DNA of 26,829 bases from a virus (IMGVR_UViG_3300017991_000084:1-26829), one strand, 5' to 3'. Positions 9,624 to 17,464 are shown, numbered from the stretch's first letter. Made by a program: numbers and translations. Notes: a model not told the origin generated them from the letters alone.

Positions 9624-10382
9624 CTATTCAGCCTCCTCCTTACGTTTTCCGCGACCCATCTTTTTGTACAGCTCTTCGTCTTCTGGATGGTCGCACTCAC
9701 CCGCCTCCATCCTCTTCAGCTTGGTGTAATACAGGGGATCTCCCTTCAGATGATCCTTCGCAATCTCCAACGCTACCGCTGGATTACTCGTGTGCTCCAA
9801 CTCATGATGCTGACCCATACGAAGCTGCTCTGGATCAAAATCACCATCCTCTGCATCATCAGCGTCCCCACCTGCCAAGAAATCATCCGTAGTATCATCC
9901 TCTTCCTTCTTTTCCTCTTCCTTCTCTTCTCGATCCGGATTCCTCTCTGCCTTCTTGTAGAGATCGTCTATGGTTCCCTTCAGCCCTCCGGACCCTCCCT
10001 CTTCCTTATCCTTCTTTTCCTCGTCTTTCTCTTCCTCTTCATCCACCTTCTGATCCTCATCGACGGCATACTCAGCGCCATCCTGATCCATCTCCTCCTC
10101 ATCGACTTGACTCTCGTTCGTCTCCTCGACTAGATCAAACTGAAACGGAGCCTCCGCATTCTCCGTTTCATTCACAGACCACTGAGAACCATTGTCTGCC
10201 ACGATCCACCACTGATCGCCCTCATAGACCACGTCCCACTCATTGATATCCAGCGAACGGCCCATGTCCGTATTCTCAAAAGCAATACGAATCTCCTTCT
10301 CTGAGTCCACAGGGCACATGCCCATATCTTCCTGCACCTGAGCCAGCAAACGATCATAGTGAGATCCACTCGTGTTATCCAT
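9624..10382 (-). CDS. Acidic protein with C-terminal DUF5661-like domain, probable head-internal protein
   Basis: LRMGQHHELEHTSNPAVALEIAKDHLKGDPLYYTKLKRME matches the recalled DUF5661 pattern (G..vE.EHT....A..IA.DHL.E.p.YY..L..mE). Acidic linkers and shared N-terminal motif. Confidence 0.7.
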   Translation of the reverse strand: MDNTSGSHYDRLLAQVQEDMGMCPVDSEKEIRIAFENTDMGRSLDINEWDVVYEGDQWWIVADNGSQWSVNETENAEAPFQFDLVEETNESQVDEEEMDQDGAEYAVDEDQKVDEEEEKDEEKKDKEEGGSGGLKGTIDDLYKKAERNPDREEKEEEKKEEDDTTDDFLAGGDADDAEDGDFDPEQLRMGQHHELEHTSNPAVALEIAKDHLKGDPLYYTKLKRMEAGECDHPEDEELYKKMGRGKRKEEAE

Positions 10383-10762
10383 CAGTCCCTCTCCAATCCA
10401 TAGATTTTGTCGGTAGCCTTCTCCAGGATAGAGATGGCCAGTTTCTTGTACTCCCAGTTCCCTTGCTTAATCTCCAACAAAGCATGAGTCAACAAAGAAG
10501 TTGTGGCAACCGCCTCTGTCACTGTCCCCACACCGTGACCCTTGGCCAAACGCTTCAAGGTGGTATGAACACTTTTGCCCTTCAACTTCTCCATCAGCTG
10601 CTTAAGAAGCTGTGCCTCAGTTGGCAATTGCTCCAGTTTCTCTAGACATGCCGATAGCTTCCCGGCTGCATAGAGTCGAGAAGCTTCGGTCACTACATTA
10701 TCGTATCGTGTCCCTCGGAACGTTTGCTCCGCTTCCAAGAGACGCATCTGTGCTTTATTCAT
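10382..10762 (-). CDS. Hypothetical helical protein (126 aa)
   Basis: Translationally coupled to both neighbours (ATGA and TGATG overlaps). Confidence 0.65.
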   Translation of the reverse strand: MNKAQMRLLEAEQTFRGTRYDNVVTEASRLYAAGKLSACLEKLEQLPTEAQLLKQLMEKLKGKSVHTTLKRLAKGHGVGTVTEAVATTSLLTHALLEIKQGNWEYKKLAISILEKATDKIYGLERD

Positions 10763-11598
10763 CCGGACACTCCCACTGGCAACTCGATTGGATCTTCACA
10801 TGATAGGATGCCTTCCAGGACTCGATCCGCTGGCACCAAAAAGCACAGGCCATCATGCTGCACAAACAACCACACGAACATCCCAATGAAGTTCCCATCC
10901 CTATCGAAAGCTGGACCACCAGAATTCCCTTGATTCCCTGGTGCATCAATCTGAATGTATGAATCAATAAAATCGTATGGCCCCATATCCAAACGATTCA
11001 CACAACTCACGATGCCAGATGAAACTGAATGCTCATTTTTCTTTGGTGTGCCCATCAATAAGACCGGCTCGCCCTGAACCACTTCCTGATCCCACTCTGA
11101 TGTAGTAACCGGATGCAGATCCAGGCCCCCTGAATCAAACCAAATGAGCCCCACATCCGGACAATCCCCATATGGGTGAGCCACTTTCAGCACGTCTCGC
11201 ACTGTCCCATCAAAGAACCGAATATACATTCTCTTGATTTCATGTGCTCCCTTTGCCTGCACATTACTCACTACATGTGCAGCTGTCAAGATCAATCCGT
11301 CTCCAATAACCATCCCAGCCGCATACCCTTGAACCGGCTTTCTAGTAATGGGATTGACATGAGTATACTCTGTAAGCACAGCCACAACAGAAGGCATACG
11401 AAAAGCTGTGACACGTGAACTCCAATCATGATTCAAATGCTGAAGCCCATTCCGCAACTGCATGTCCCGACCATAGGACTGGTGTTCGATGTTGTTCATG
11501 CGCTCACGGTGCTTCATCATCCCCCAGTTCACATACCCCAAATTCCCTCCAATGACGATGATCATCAACAGGACAAGTGATGCGATTCGCTTACTCAT
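10759..11598 (-). CDS. Membrane-anchored trypsin-like serine protease (HtrA-type protease domain, no PDZ)
   Basis: Catalytic triad motifs LTAAHVV, PDVGLI and GNSGGP. N-terminal TM segment (IASLVLLMIIVIGG). Start moved to ATG 11598 (RBS GGAGGAG). Confidence 0.9.
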   Translation of the reverse strand: MSKRIASLVLLMIIVIGGNLGYVNWGMMKHRERMNNIEHQSYGRDMQLRNGLQHLNHDWSSRVTAFRMPSVVAVLTEYTHVNPITRKPVQGYAAGMVIGDGLILTAAHVVSNVQAKGAHEIKRMYIRFFDGTVRDVLKVAHPYGDCPDVGLIWFDSGGLDLHPVTTSEWDQEVVQGEPVLLMGTPKKNEHSVSSGIVSCVNRLDMGPYDFIDSYIQIDAPGNQGNSGGPAFDRDGNFIGMFVWLFVQHDGLCFLVPADRVLEGILSCEDPIELPVGVSG

Positions 11599-11636
11599 GG
11601 TTGCTCCTCCGATGTGAATGTGACCTGTTTTTCTAT

Positions 11637-11667
11637 AAAAACAAAAGAGCCCCACTCAAGGCTCTTT
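11637..11667 (-). terminator. Intrinsic terminator
   Basis: 8-bp stem AAAGAGCC (11644-11651) / GGCTCTTT (11660-11667). On the minus strand it runs into TTTTGTTTTT. Confidence 0.75.
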
Positions 11668-11792
11668 CGATTCTAACGTCACATTTCAGGTGTTTTCGCA
11701 TGTCCACCTTCCGTAAACAGACCTTTTCCGTCATCGCAGATACTACCTATACGCCACAACAGAAAATATGTTCGCTGTTTTTTGGAAATTTG

Positions 11793-12032
11793 TCAGATTT
11801 CTGAAACTTCCACCTCTCTCAGCTCCACCTCAAGGTTCTTAGGTAGTGCCTCAACTACACCTGTCTCCACTGAACACACATAGACCATGTCCTTCCGGAG
11901 CACCGGCTGATGTGTGAACTCATCTGTGACAGTCAAATCCAGGACCTGCATCAACTTCTGGCGATGACCAGCCGCCACAAAAGCAGACCCAGCATCCACT
12001 GTCTCTAACTTCACTCGTGCATGGCTCTTCAT
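11793..12032 (-). CDS. Hypothetical protein
   Basis: ORF with probable start MKSHARVK, tiled after the upstream gene. Confidence 0.55.
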   Translation of the reverse strand: MKSHARVKLETVDAGSAFVAAGHRQKLMQVLDLTVTDEFTHQPVLRKDMVYVCSVETGVVEALPKNLEVELREVEVSEI

Positions 12033-12040
12033 ATTCACTC

Positions 12041-12256
12041 TCATTTCAATCGTCTCCTCAAACCATTGACAATCTTAGCCTTAGACCAATCGGTCTCCTG
12101 GAATGCACACTTGACAGGATGCAAGAAATGATCGATGAATAGCTGCACGTATTCATCTTCCTTTGACGGATCATACATGGGACCCAATGCAGATGCCGTA
12201 GCTGCCAATATGGCCTTCCGCATTGCATCTGTCTTGATCTTGCTCTTGATTCTCAT
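12041..12256 (-). CDS. Hypothetical protein (71 aa)
   Basis: ATGA overlap with the groES stop. Confidence 0.6.
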   Translation of the reverse strand: MRIKSKIKTDAMRKAILAATASALGPMYDPSKEDEYVQLFIDHFLHPVKCAFQETDWSKAKIVNGLRRRLK

Positions 12257-12561
12257 TTCAGAATCCCAATGATATCTGTCTCCTTGACCAAATGCAGCTT
12301 ATCCGTGCCGATATCCACCGCGACACCAGTCGATGCAGGGAGAAGAATCTCATCACCCACCTTCACGATAGGATCGATGAACGTGCCATCTTCCATCGCC
12401 GTCCCCTGCCCGACAACTCGCACCGTCGCCTTCTTGAAGCTGCCCTCACGCACCGAACCAGGAAGCAACACGCCACCCTTGGACTTCTCATCCGGCTTGA
12501 TGTACTCCACCAAAAGACGGTTCCCAAACAGTTCGATACCAGTACTTGTCTTCTTCGCCAT
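12253..12561 (-). CDS. groES: Co-chaperonin GroES (Cpn10)
   Basis: LFGNRLLVE..KPDEKSKGGVLLPGS...ATVRVVGQG...VKVGDEILL...LVKETDIIGIL follows the Cpn10 pattern, including the mobile loop. Confidence 0.92.
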   Translation of the reverse strand: MAKKTSTGIELFGNRLLVEYIKPDEKSKGGVLLPGSVREGSFKKATVRVVGQGTAMEDGTFIDPIVKVGDEILLPASTGVAVDIGTDKLHLVKETDIIGILK

Positions 12562-12659
12562 TACAGACCTCCTCGACGCAATCTAATGATAATGTAGATG
12601 AATCCAAATCCATCCACCAGTAACTTGAAACCCAACCACACGAGAAACAACTTGTCCAT
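12561..12659 (-). CDS. Small membrane peptide (32 aa)
   Basis: MDKLFLVWLGFKLLVDGFGFIYIIIRLRRGGL. RBS GAGGT; TAATG overlap with groES. Confidence 0.5.
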   Translation of the reverse strand: MDKLFLVWLGFKLLVDGFGFIYIIIRLRRGGL

Positions 12660-12679
12660 ACACCTCATTTCGTCAGCTC

Positions 12680-13111
12680 CTACGACGCCTCCTTTGACTC
12701 CACGCGAACTGCAAGCGGAACACGACAAAAACCAGCAGCCGTTCGCTTGCACACCCAAACCACCTCCCGATCCTTCACACCGTCCACAGCCGCCAGCTCA
12801 GTCACAGATGGGAAGAACAATGTCCCACCTTCCAATCGATCCACATACCGCAAATCCATAACTGGAAGGTCTTCCACATCCCCCACCTTCACCTCAGGCG
12901 CACGTGTGGAATCCATAAATGACCTTCGCAACGTGTCCTCCAAACCAAGCATGTACAGCTCCATCAGTTCCACAATCGCCCCATACGTAATGGACATGTG
13001 ACGTGTTTTCACTTGCAAAGACACCAACTGCCCCTTAGGATCGTTCTTCCATCCTGTCATCTCACAAAGAGTCGCTATCTCAGTAATCAGCTCCTTTGTC
13101 ACCTCTGCCAT
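12680..13111 (-). CDS. Hypothetical protein (143 aa)
   Basis: RBS GGAGG, typical composition for this genome. Confidence 0.6.
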   Translation of the reverse strand: MAEVTKELITEIATLCEMTGWKNDPKGQLVSLQVKTRHMSITYGAIVELMELYMLGLEDTLRRSFMDSTRAPEVKVGDVEDLPVMDLRYVDRLEGGTLFFPSVTELAAVDGVKDREVVWVCKRTAAGFCRVPLAVRVESKEAS

Positions 13112-13120
13112 CTTATCCTC

Positions 13121-13573
13121 CTACAGTCGCATTTTTGGCCTCATCTGATACACTTTTGCCACCAGACCCACGGAACGCAACACCTCCAATGCATCCTCAG
13201 ACACCTGATGTGAATAGTTCACGCTGATCAAAGCATGCACACCACACAATGTCCCTGTCTCACGCGCAGTCAATGGCTCCGACAACTGCCGTTCAATATA
13301 ATGCACAGCACCTAGCGCAGCATCCAACTCAGGACCCTCAGCTAATTCTCCCTCACCTTCCTGCCTAATTGAAAACGTGAGATCCAACACGTCATCCACA
13401 AAAGCCATAGCCTCCTTGACCGCTGGCTCATCCATGTAGTTGTCCAGCAATAAGTGTGTCCGCTTCACAATCTGAGACCGACGATAGAAGGATGATCTCT
13501 TCCACACCATGTTGGCACCCACCGGGATAGCTGCTACGATCAGTCCCATCTTCAACATCTCACGTCGCGTCAT
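13121..13573 (-). CDS. Hypothetical protein with twin-arginine-like N-terminus
   Basis: MTRREMLKMGLIVAAIPVGA. TGATG coupling with the upstream small ORF. Confidence 0.6.
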   Translation of the reverse strand: MTRREMLKMGLIVAAIPVGANMVWKRSSFYRRSQIVKRTHLLLDNYMDEPAVKEAMAFVDDVLDLTFSIRQEGEGELAEGPELDAALGAVHYIERQLSEPLTARETGTLCGVHALISVNYSHQVSEDALEVLRSVGLVAKVYQMRPKMRL

Positions 13574-13698
13574 CAAAAGCCCTTTCCAAATAGAAGCTCT
13601 AGTTGATTCAGTATCTGAGAAAGCAGCTCCAAGCCGATCTTACTAATCACCAAAAAATGACCTAGCACAAGCAGGCCCACTACACGAGACGAAATCAC
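13573..13698 (-). CDS. Small hydrophobic protein (41 aa)
   Basis: Hand-read GTG-start ORF MISSRVVGLLVLGHFLVISKIGLELLSQILNQLELLFGKGF, coupled by GTGA and TGATG overlaps. Confidence 0.5.
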   Translation of the reverse strand: MISSRVVGLLVLGHFLVISKIGLELLSQILNQLELLFGKGF

Positions 13699-13967
13699 AG
13701 CAGATCCCCATCCACTTCAGACACGCCACCGTTCTCCGCAATCTTCTTCTGCTCATACGGAGTCACCACCCGGCGAATGAACTCAGCCAAGGCACACGTG
13801 AACACACCACACAGGGCATTGAGGTTCACATACCGAAGCCCGCGATTCTCCACCTGCCGATGAGTCAGCTTCGTGAATACATAATTCAGCTGCCCATCAT
13901 CCAACGCCGGAAACTGGTCCACAATTGCATCCAGCTCAGGACGGCTCTCTTGTGTTATGTACGGCAT
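13695..13967 (-). CDS. Conserved phage protein (DUF6899-like)
   Basis: MPYITQESR...GQLNYVFT...EFIRRVVTPYEQKKIAENG matches a recalled family pattern (MPYI...GELNY...YRR...PYE..KI.ENGDV). Confidence 0.7.
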   Translation of the reverse strand: MPYITQESRPELDAIVDQFPALDDGQLNYVFTKLTHRQVENRGLRYVNLNALCGVFTCALAEFIRRVVTPYEQKKIAENGGVSEVDGDLL

Positions 13968-14040
13968 CCTTCTTCCTCCTCTTCAAAACCTCTTCTCTTT
14001 CCAGTTCAAGATACCAGCGTATTAGAGCTGGTGAGCAAAC

Positions 14041-14071
14041 CGGAGCTGATCCTGATGAAGGATCAGCTCCG
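14041..14071. terminator. Perfect 13-bp hairpin (terminator or processing site)
   Basis: CGGAGCTGATCCT-gatga-AGGATCAGCTCCG, 10 nt after the stop at 14081. The U-tract is weak (GTTTG). Confidence 0.55.
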
Positions 14072-14080
14072 CGATTTCGA

Positions 14081-14230
14081 TCAGTCGATCTCTGTCGGAT
14101 CATCGCCCTGCCTCAATGCCTTGCGTACCTTCGCACGCTCCGATTTGTGTCCCTTCTTACTCTTGGGCCTTGATCCACCCCACTCACCACCTTGATCACG
14201 GCGATTGCCGCGACGGTATGTCCTACCCAT
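14081..14230 (-). CDS. Small basic protein (49 aa)
   Basis: Hand-read MGRTYRRGNRRDQGGEWGGSRPKSKKGHKSERAKVRKALRQGDDPTEID. It overlaps the upstream stop. Confidence 0.6.
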   Translation of the reverse strand: MGRTYRRGNRRDQGGEWGGSRPKSKKGHKSERAKVRKALRQGDDPTEID

Positions 14231-14804
14231 TCTTCTGGCCTCTCTTCTTCTTGATGCTCTTCTTCGGCTTCTGGAACGAATCGATGTACTTCTGAGCCAT
14301 CTTCTTCTCTTTCGCCGTCAGCAGAGAATCCTCCACCGCATTCGTCAAACCACACACCGAACACTTGAACTCATACACCGGCTCATCCGAACCCATCAGG
14401 ATGTTCACGCACTCGAACTTATGTCCGAATCGTGCTTGGCAACTGACAGTCACTCCAGTAATCTCACCCAGATTGTTGTGACCATGCGCCAACTCGATCA
14501 TGTATCCTTCATTACGCTGCACGATACCCTGCAATGCCGCCAACGAATTGACAAGATCGACTTCCGTATCAACCAAACCCATGATACGGGCCTCATCCAG
14601 TTCAGCCTTCTTTATCAACTCCTTGAAGAGACGATTCTTGAACGTATTCAATTGCCTCTGACGAACCACGGCCACGCGCTGCATGTCCTCAATGATCGCA
14701 TCCTGCACCTGGACCTCCCTCTGTAGATCATTCATGTGCCGTGCTGCCAACACACAAGCCAACATGAACAGCAAAAAGAATGCTCCCAATAGAACGCCCA
14801 CCAT
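14223..14804 (-). CDS. Membrane-anchored coiled-coil protein with Zn-ribbon-like Cys motif
   Basis: N-terminal TM, heptad region, then CQARFGH and CSVCG, then a basic tail. Confidence 0.65.
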   Translation of the reverse strand: MVGVLLGAFFLLFMLACVLAARHMNDLQREVQVQDAIIEDMQRVAVVRQRQLNTFKNRLFKELIKKAELDEARIMGLVDTEVDLVNSLAALQGIVQRNEGYMIELAHGHNNLGEITGVTVSCQARFGHKFECVNILMGSDEPVYEFKCSVCGLTNAVEDSLLTAKEKKMAQKYIDSFQKPKKSIKKKRGQKNG

Positions 14805-14835
14805 TGCAATCTCCTCTCAATTCAGTTCAGGATAA

Positions 14836-14858
14836 GGGAGGCTCACATTGAACCTCCC
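14836..14858 (-). terminator. Hairpin downstream of NAMPT (possible terminator or 5' stabilising hairpin)
   Basis: Minus strand GGGAGGTT-caatgtg-AGCCTCCC (8 bp with one G-U), weak U-tract. Confidence 0.4.
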
Positions 14859-14875
14859 ACTCTTATTATACGCTG

Positions 14876-16255
14876 TTACAGCTGCGCCCGAACGCGAATT
14901 CCCTCAAAATTCCATTCTTTTGTGATTTCGCCGTTCTCGAAGACAGTCACCAACTGATCTTCACCACCACGATCCTGCTGCACGGTACTGAACCCATGGA
15001 CCCCACGGAGAAGCTTCAGACGCCCACGCTTAGACGCCTTGCTGCCATCAATGGGATCTTTGTAGATATCGTACCACGTGCCGTCACGCTTCTGGGCGCT
15101 ACACTTGAACGCGAACCGCTGGGTATCCCGATTGATCTTCTGGAGTAGCCCACCGCCCATGCCGAACGTGGCAATGTTCTCGACGCTCCAGCCCGCATCC
15201 GTGATAGCCACCAGGATCTCCTCGATCTTCTGCTTGTCCAGCCCATCACCCCATAGGACCTTGACCTTCGGATTGATGACCCTGTAACCCTTGCTGTTGA
15301 GTGAGCCACCAAACTTCTCCCAGAGGATCGCCAGCAATCGCAGCACCGTCTCCACCGGATCTCCACTGTCAGGACGCACCACGAACACACCGTCACGCTC
15401 CAGGATCTGCTCACGATAGGTTCCACCGATGATATTCTCCACGGTGTTGTAGATATCGAAACTGTCCGACACCACACTCAGGATGCCTGTAGGATACGCC
15501 TCCAGGAGCTGCCCGATGATCCTCTCTTCACCATCCGGCCCCAAGGAAGTCATGACGCTGTGCTCCGTCGCCGGAACGCTGAAGCCAGCTGCACCCTCGT
15601 GACCGTAGTATTCCTGTGCCGCGACGAGCGCCGCAACCGTATCCGTCCCCTTGAAGTTGATCAGGTGTGCGAGACCACCGATAGCCGCAGCCTCGACACT
15701 GGAGACACCACGGAATCCGAAGTCATGGAGCATGAAGTCCAGAGCCCCATCGTTGTCTGCGGTTTTTTCTGTAAAAACACTGATCATCTTCTTGACTTCA
15801 CGGCTCAACGTAGCCACCGTGCAAGCATGCCACACGTGACACAGAAGAGTTTCCAGGTGATTCGTCAGTGGCGCACAGTGCGGACACGTGTTCTCCACCG
15901 TCATCATGACGTTGCCCACCGGAACGACCGTACCCTCAGGGACTGCCTTGATCCGGATCGGAAGCTTGCCGTCATGGGCGAACCAGATGTGCTCCCACAT
16001 TTTTCTATTGAACAGATCCTTGCTGCCCAAGTGCTGCTCGACCAACAGCTCAGCATCATCGATCTTCGTCTGGGTGACAACCATGCCCTCCAGGTATTCC
16101 TTCAGGAGATACTGAAGGCCGAAGAACACAGTCGAATCGAACTCCGCACCCTCACGAGCCTCGAAGTAGCTGTAGACCGTTTCCGTATCCGGCTGATACT
16201 GCTGCCAATGTGCCAACTTGTAACTGTCTGTCGTCTGAATGATGTTCTTTCTCAT
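14876..16255 (-). CDS. nadV: Nicotinamide phosphoribosyltransferase (NAMPT)
   Basis: Motifs TDSYK, HDFGFRG, PATEHS, SVVSDS, RPDSGDP, WGDG, GMGGGLLQ and RDT. Start at ATG 16255 (RBS GGAGG). Confidence 0.95.
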   Translation of the reverse strand: MRKNIIQTTDSYKLAHWQQYQPDTETVYSYFEAREGAEFDSTVFFGLQYLLKEYLEGMVVTQTKIDDAELLVEQHLGSKDLFNRKMWEHIWFAHDGKLPIRIKAVPEGTVVPVGNVMMTVENTCPHCAPLTNHLETLLCHVWHACTVATLSREVKKMISVFTEKTADNDGALDFMLHDFGFRGVSSVEAAAIGGLAHLINFKGTDTVAALVAAQEYYGHEGAAGFSVPATEHSVMTSLGPDGEERIIGQLLEAYPTGILSVVSDSFDIYNTVENIIGGTYREQILERDGVFVVRPDSGDPVETVLRLLAILWEKFGGSLNSKGYRVINPKVKVLWGDGLDKQKIEEILVAITDAGWSVENIATFGMGGGLLQKINRDTQRFAFKCSAQKRDGTWYDIYKDPIDGSKASKRGRLKLLRGVHGFSTVQQDRGGEDQLVTVFENGEITKEWNFEGIRVRAQL

Positions 16256-16288
16256 AGTTCTGTCCTCCAAAACTTTGCATCAACGCAT

Positions 16289-17173
16289 CTATTTGGAATT
16301 CATGAGCATGTCGTACAACGGACGATGCTCCTCAACGATCTTCTCTCTCAAACCTTCCACCTCGATCCAAGCCAGCTCCGAAATATCATCATCCGGCAAG
16401 GGTCTGCCAAACATGTGCTTGGCCTGGAAAAAGGCTGTCACTGTGCCATCCAGCTCCCGACGATACCGCCAGTCATCGATAGGACAGCTGCCCACATACT
16501 GAGGATCTGTGATCTCGATATGGGCCTCTTCCGCGACCTCCCTGCGACATGTTGCTTCCAAGGATTCCCCAGGACTGACGAAACCACCGATGAAACGATA
16601 CAGCTGCTCATTGGGCTTCTTCGCCACCAGAAGATGAGTACACGCCTCATTCCAGATAGCCACGTCCACTGTGGGGAATGTTGTCGGATGCCGATTGTAT
16701 GCTGCCCAGACCACGCCCGCACGGAAACATGGATGTGACTTGACATGAGCGCCAAGCTTCTTCCGCACTATGGTCCCTGATTGGTACACCGACTCCTCGA
16801 TTTCTTCCGTGTCATACTTCCCTGTGTAGTGATCGATGAAGGATTCACGTCCTCCGTAGAGCACCACCGTCGCCATCGGCCCGACTAGATCTCGGATCTG
16901 CTGGTCCAGGTTCTTGCTCCACACGTCATCCGAAGGCACGTCCTTGATATACAATACGTTTACGTTCGGATACCCGTTGAGAATCATCTGCTTCCGGGAT
17001 TCAAAGTCCAGTGGGTTATTGCGCGTCACCCTCGCTGGAGATAGACCCAGAAACAGGAGCACCTTCTCGTGCTTCCGCACCACACTGTTGATCAATTGCT
17101 TGTGTCCCTCGTGCAGCTCATCCACCTGGAATCGCCCAACGAGTACACCGACTTCTGCCACTTCCTGATTCAT
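16289..17173 (-). CDS. nadM: Bifunctional NMN adenylyltransferase / Nudix ADP-ribose pyrophosphatase (NadM-Nudix, NatV-like)
   Basis: GRFQ..LHEGH (HxGH) nucleotidyltransferase motif plus Nudix box GFVSPGESLEATCRREVAEEAHI. Start at ATG 17173 (RBS AAGGAG); the ORF-track start 17233 is also possible. Confidence 0.93.
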   Translation of the reverse strand: MNQEVAEVGVLVGRFQVDELHEGHKQLINSVVRKHEKVLLFLGLSPARVTRNNPLDFESRKQMILNGYPNVNVLYIKDVPSDDVWSKNLDQQIRDLVGPMATVVLYGGRESFIDHYTGKYDTEEIEESVYQSGTIVRKKLGAHVKSHPCFRAGVVWAAYNRHPTTFPTVDVAIWNEACTHLLVAKKPNEQLYRFIGGFVSPGESLEATCRREVAEEAHIEITDPQYVGSCPIDDWRYRRELDGTVTAFFQAKHMFGRPLPDDDISELAWIEVEGLREKIVEEHRPLYDMLMNSK

Positions 17174-17222
17174 ACCTGTCTCCTTTCGCATCATCGCATC
17201 TAAAGAAACAATTGTAGGTCTC

Positions 17223-17304
17223 TTGGTCCTCATTTATTCCCCAGCAGGGAGGACTCCACGATGGCTGGGCCAGATGTCTTCATGTCACCTACTTGGAAGA
17301 CCAA
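17223..17304 (-). ncRNA. Candidate structured leader RNA (H-type pseudoknot with competing fold)
   Basis: Manual pairing: CCCAGC/GCTGGG, GTCCTC/GAGGAC, and the alternative TTGGTCTTC/GAGGACCAA. Confidence 0.35.
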
Positions 17305-17308
17305 CGAA

Positions 17309-17380
<72 letters not shown>

Positions 17381-17385
17381 GCTAA

Positions 17386-17460
17386 TCTGGGTGGGTGGAT
17401 TCGAACCACCGACATCTCGGTTCCAGGCCGAGTAGGCTGACCAAACTGCCCTACACCCAG
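17386..17460 (-). tRNA. trnP: tRNA-Pro(TGG), atypical loop CC-TGG-AA
   Basis: Full cloverleaf CTGGGTG/CACCCAG with A73; anticodon stem CTCGG/CCGAG. Confidence 0.85.
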
Positions 17461-17464
17461 TCAA

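Noticed and set aside
11600-11640. TATAGAAA as a T4-type late promoter (TATAAATA)
   Set aside because: It is a mismatched single copy, and I did not see it upstream of the other structural genes.
15560-16738. 392-aa plus-strand ORF
   Set aside because: Antisense shadow of the NAMPT and NMNAT genes; no RBS or recognisable motif.
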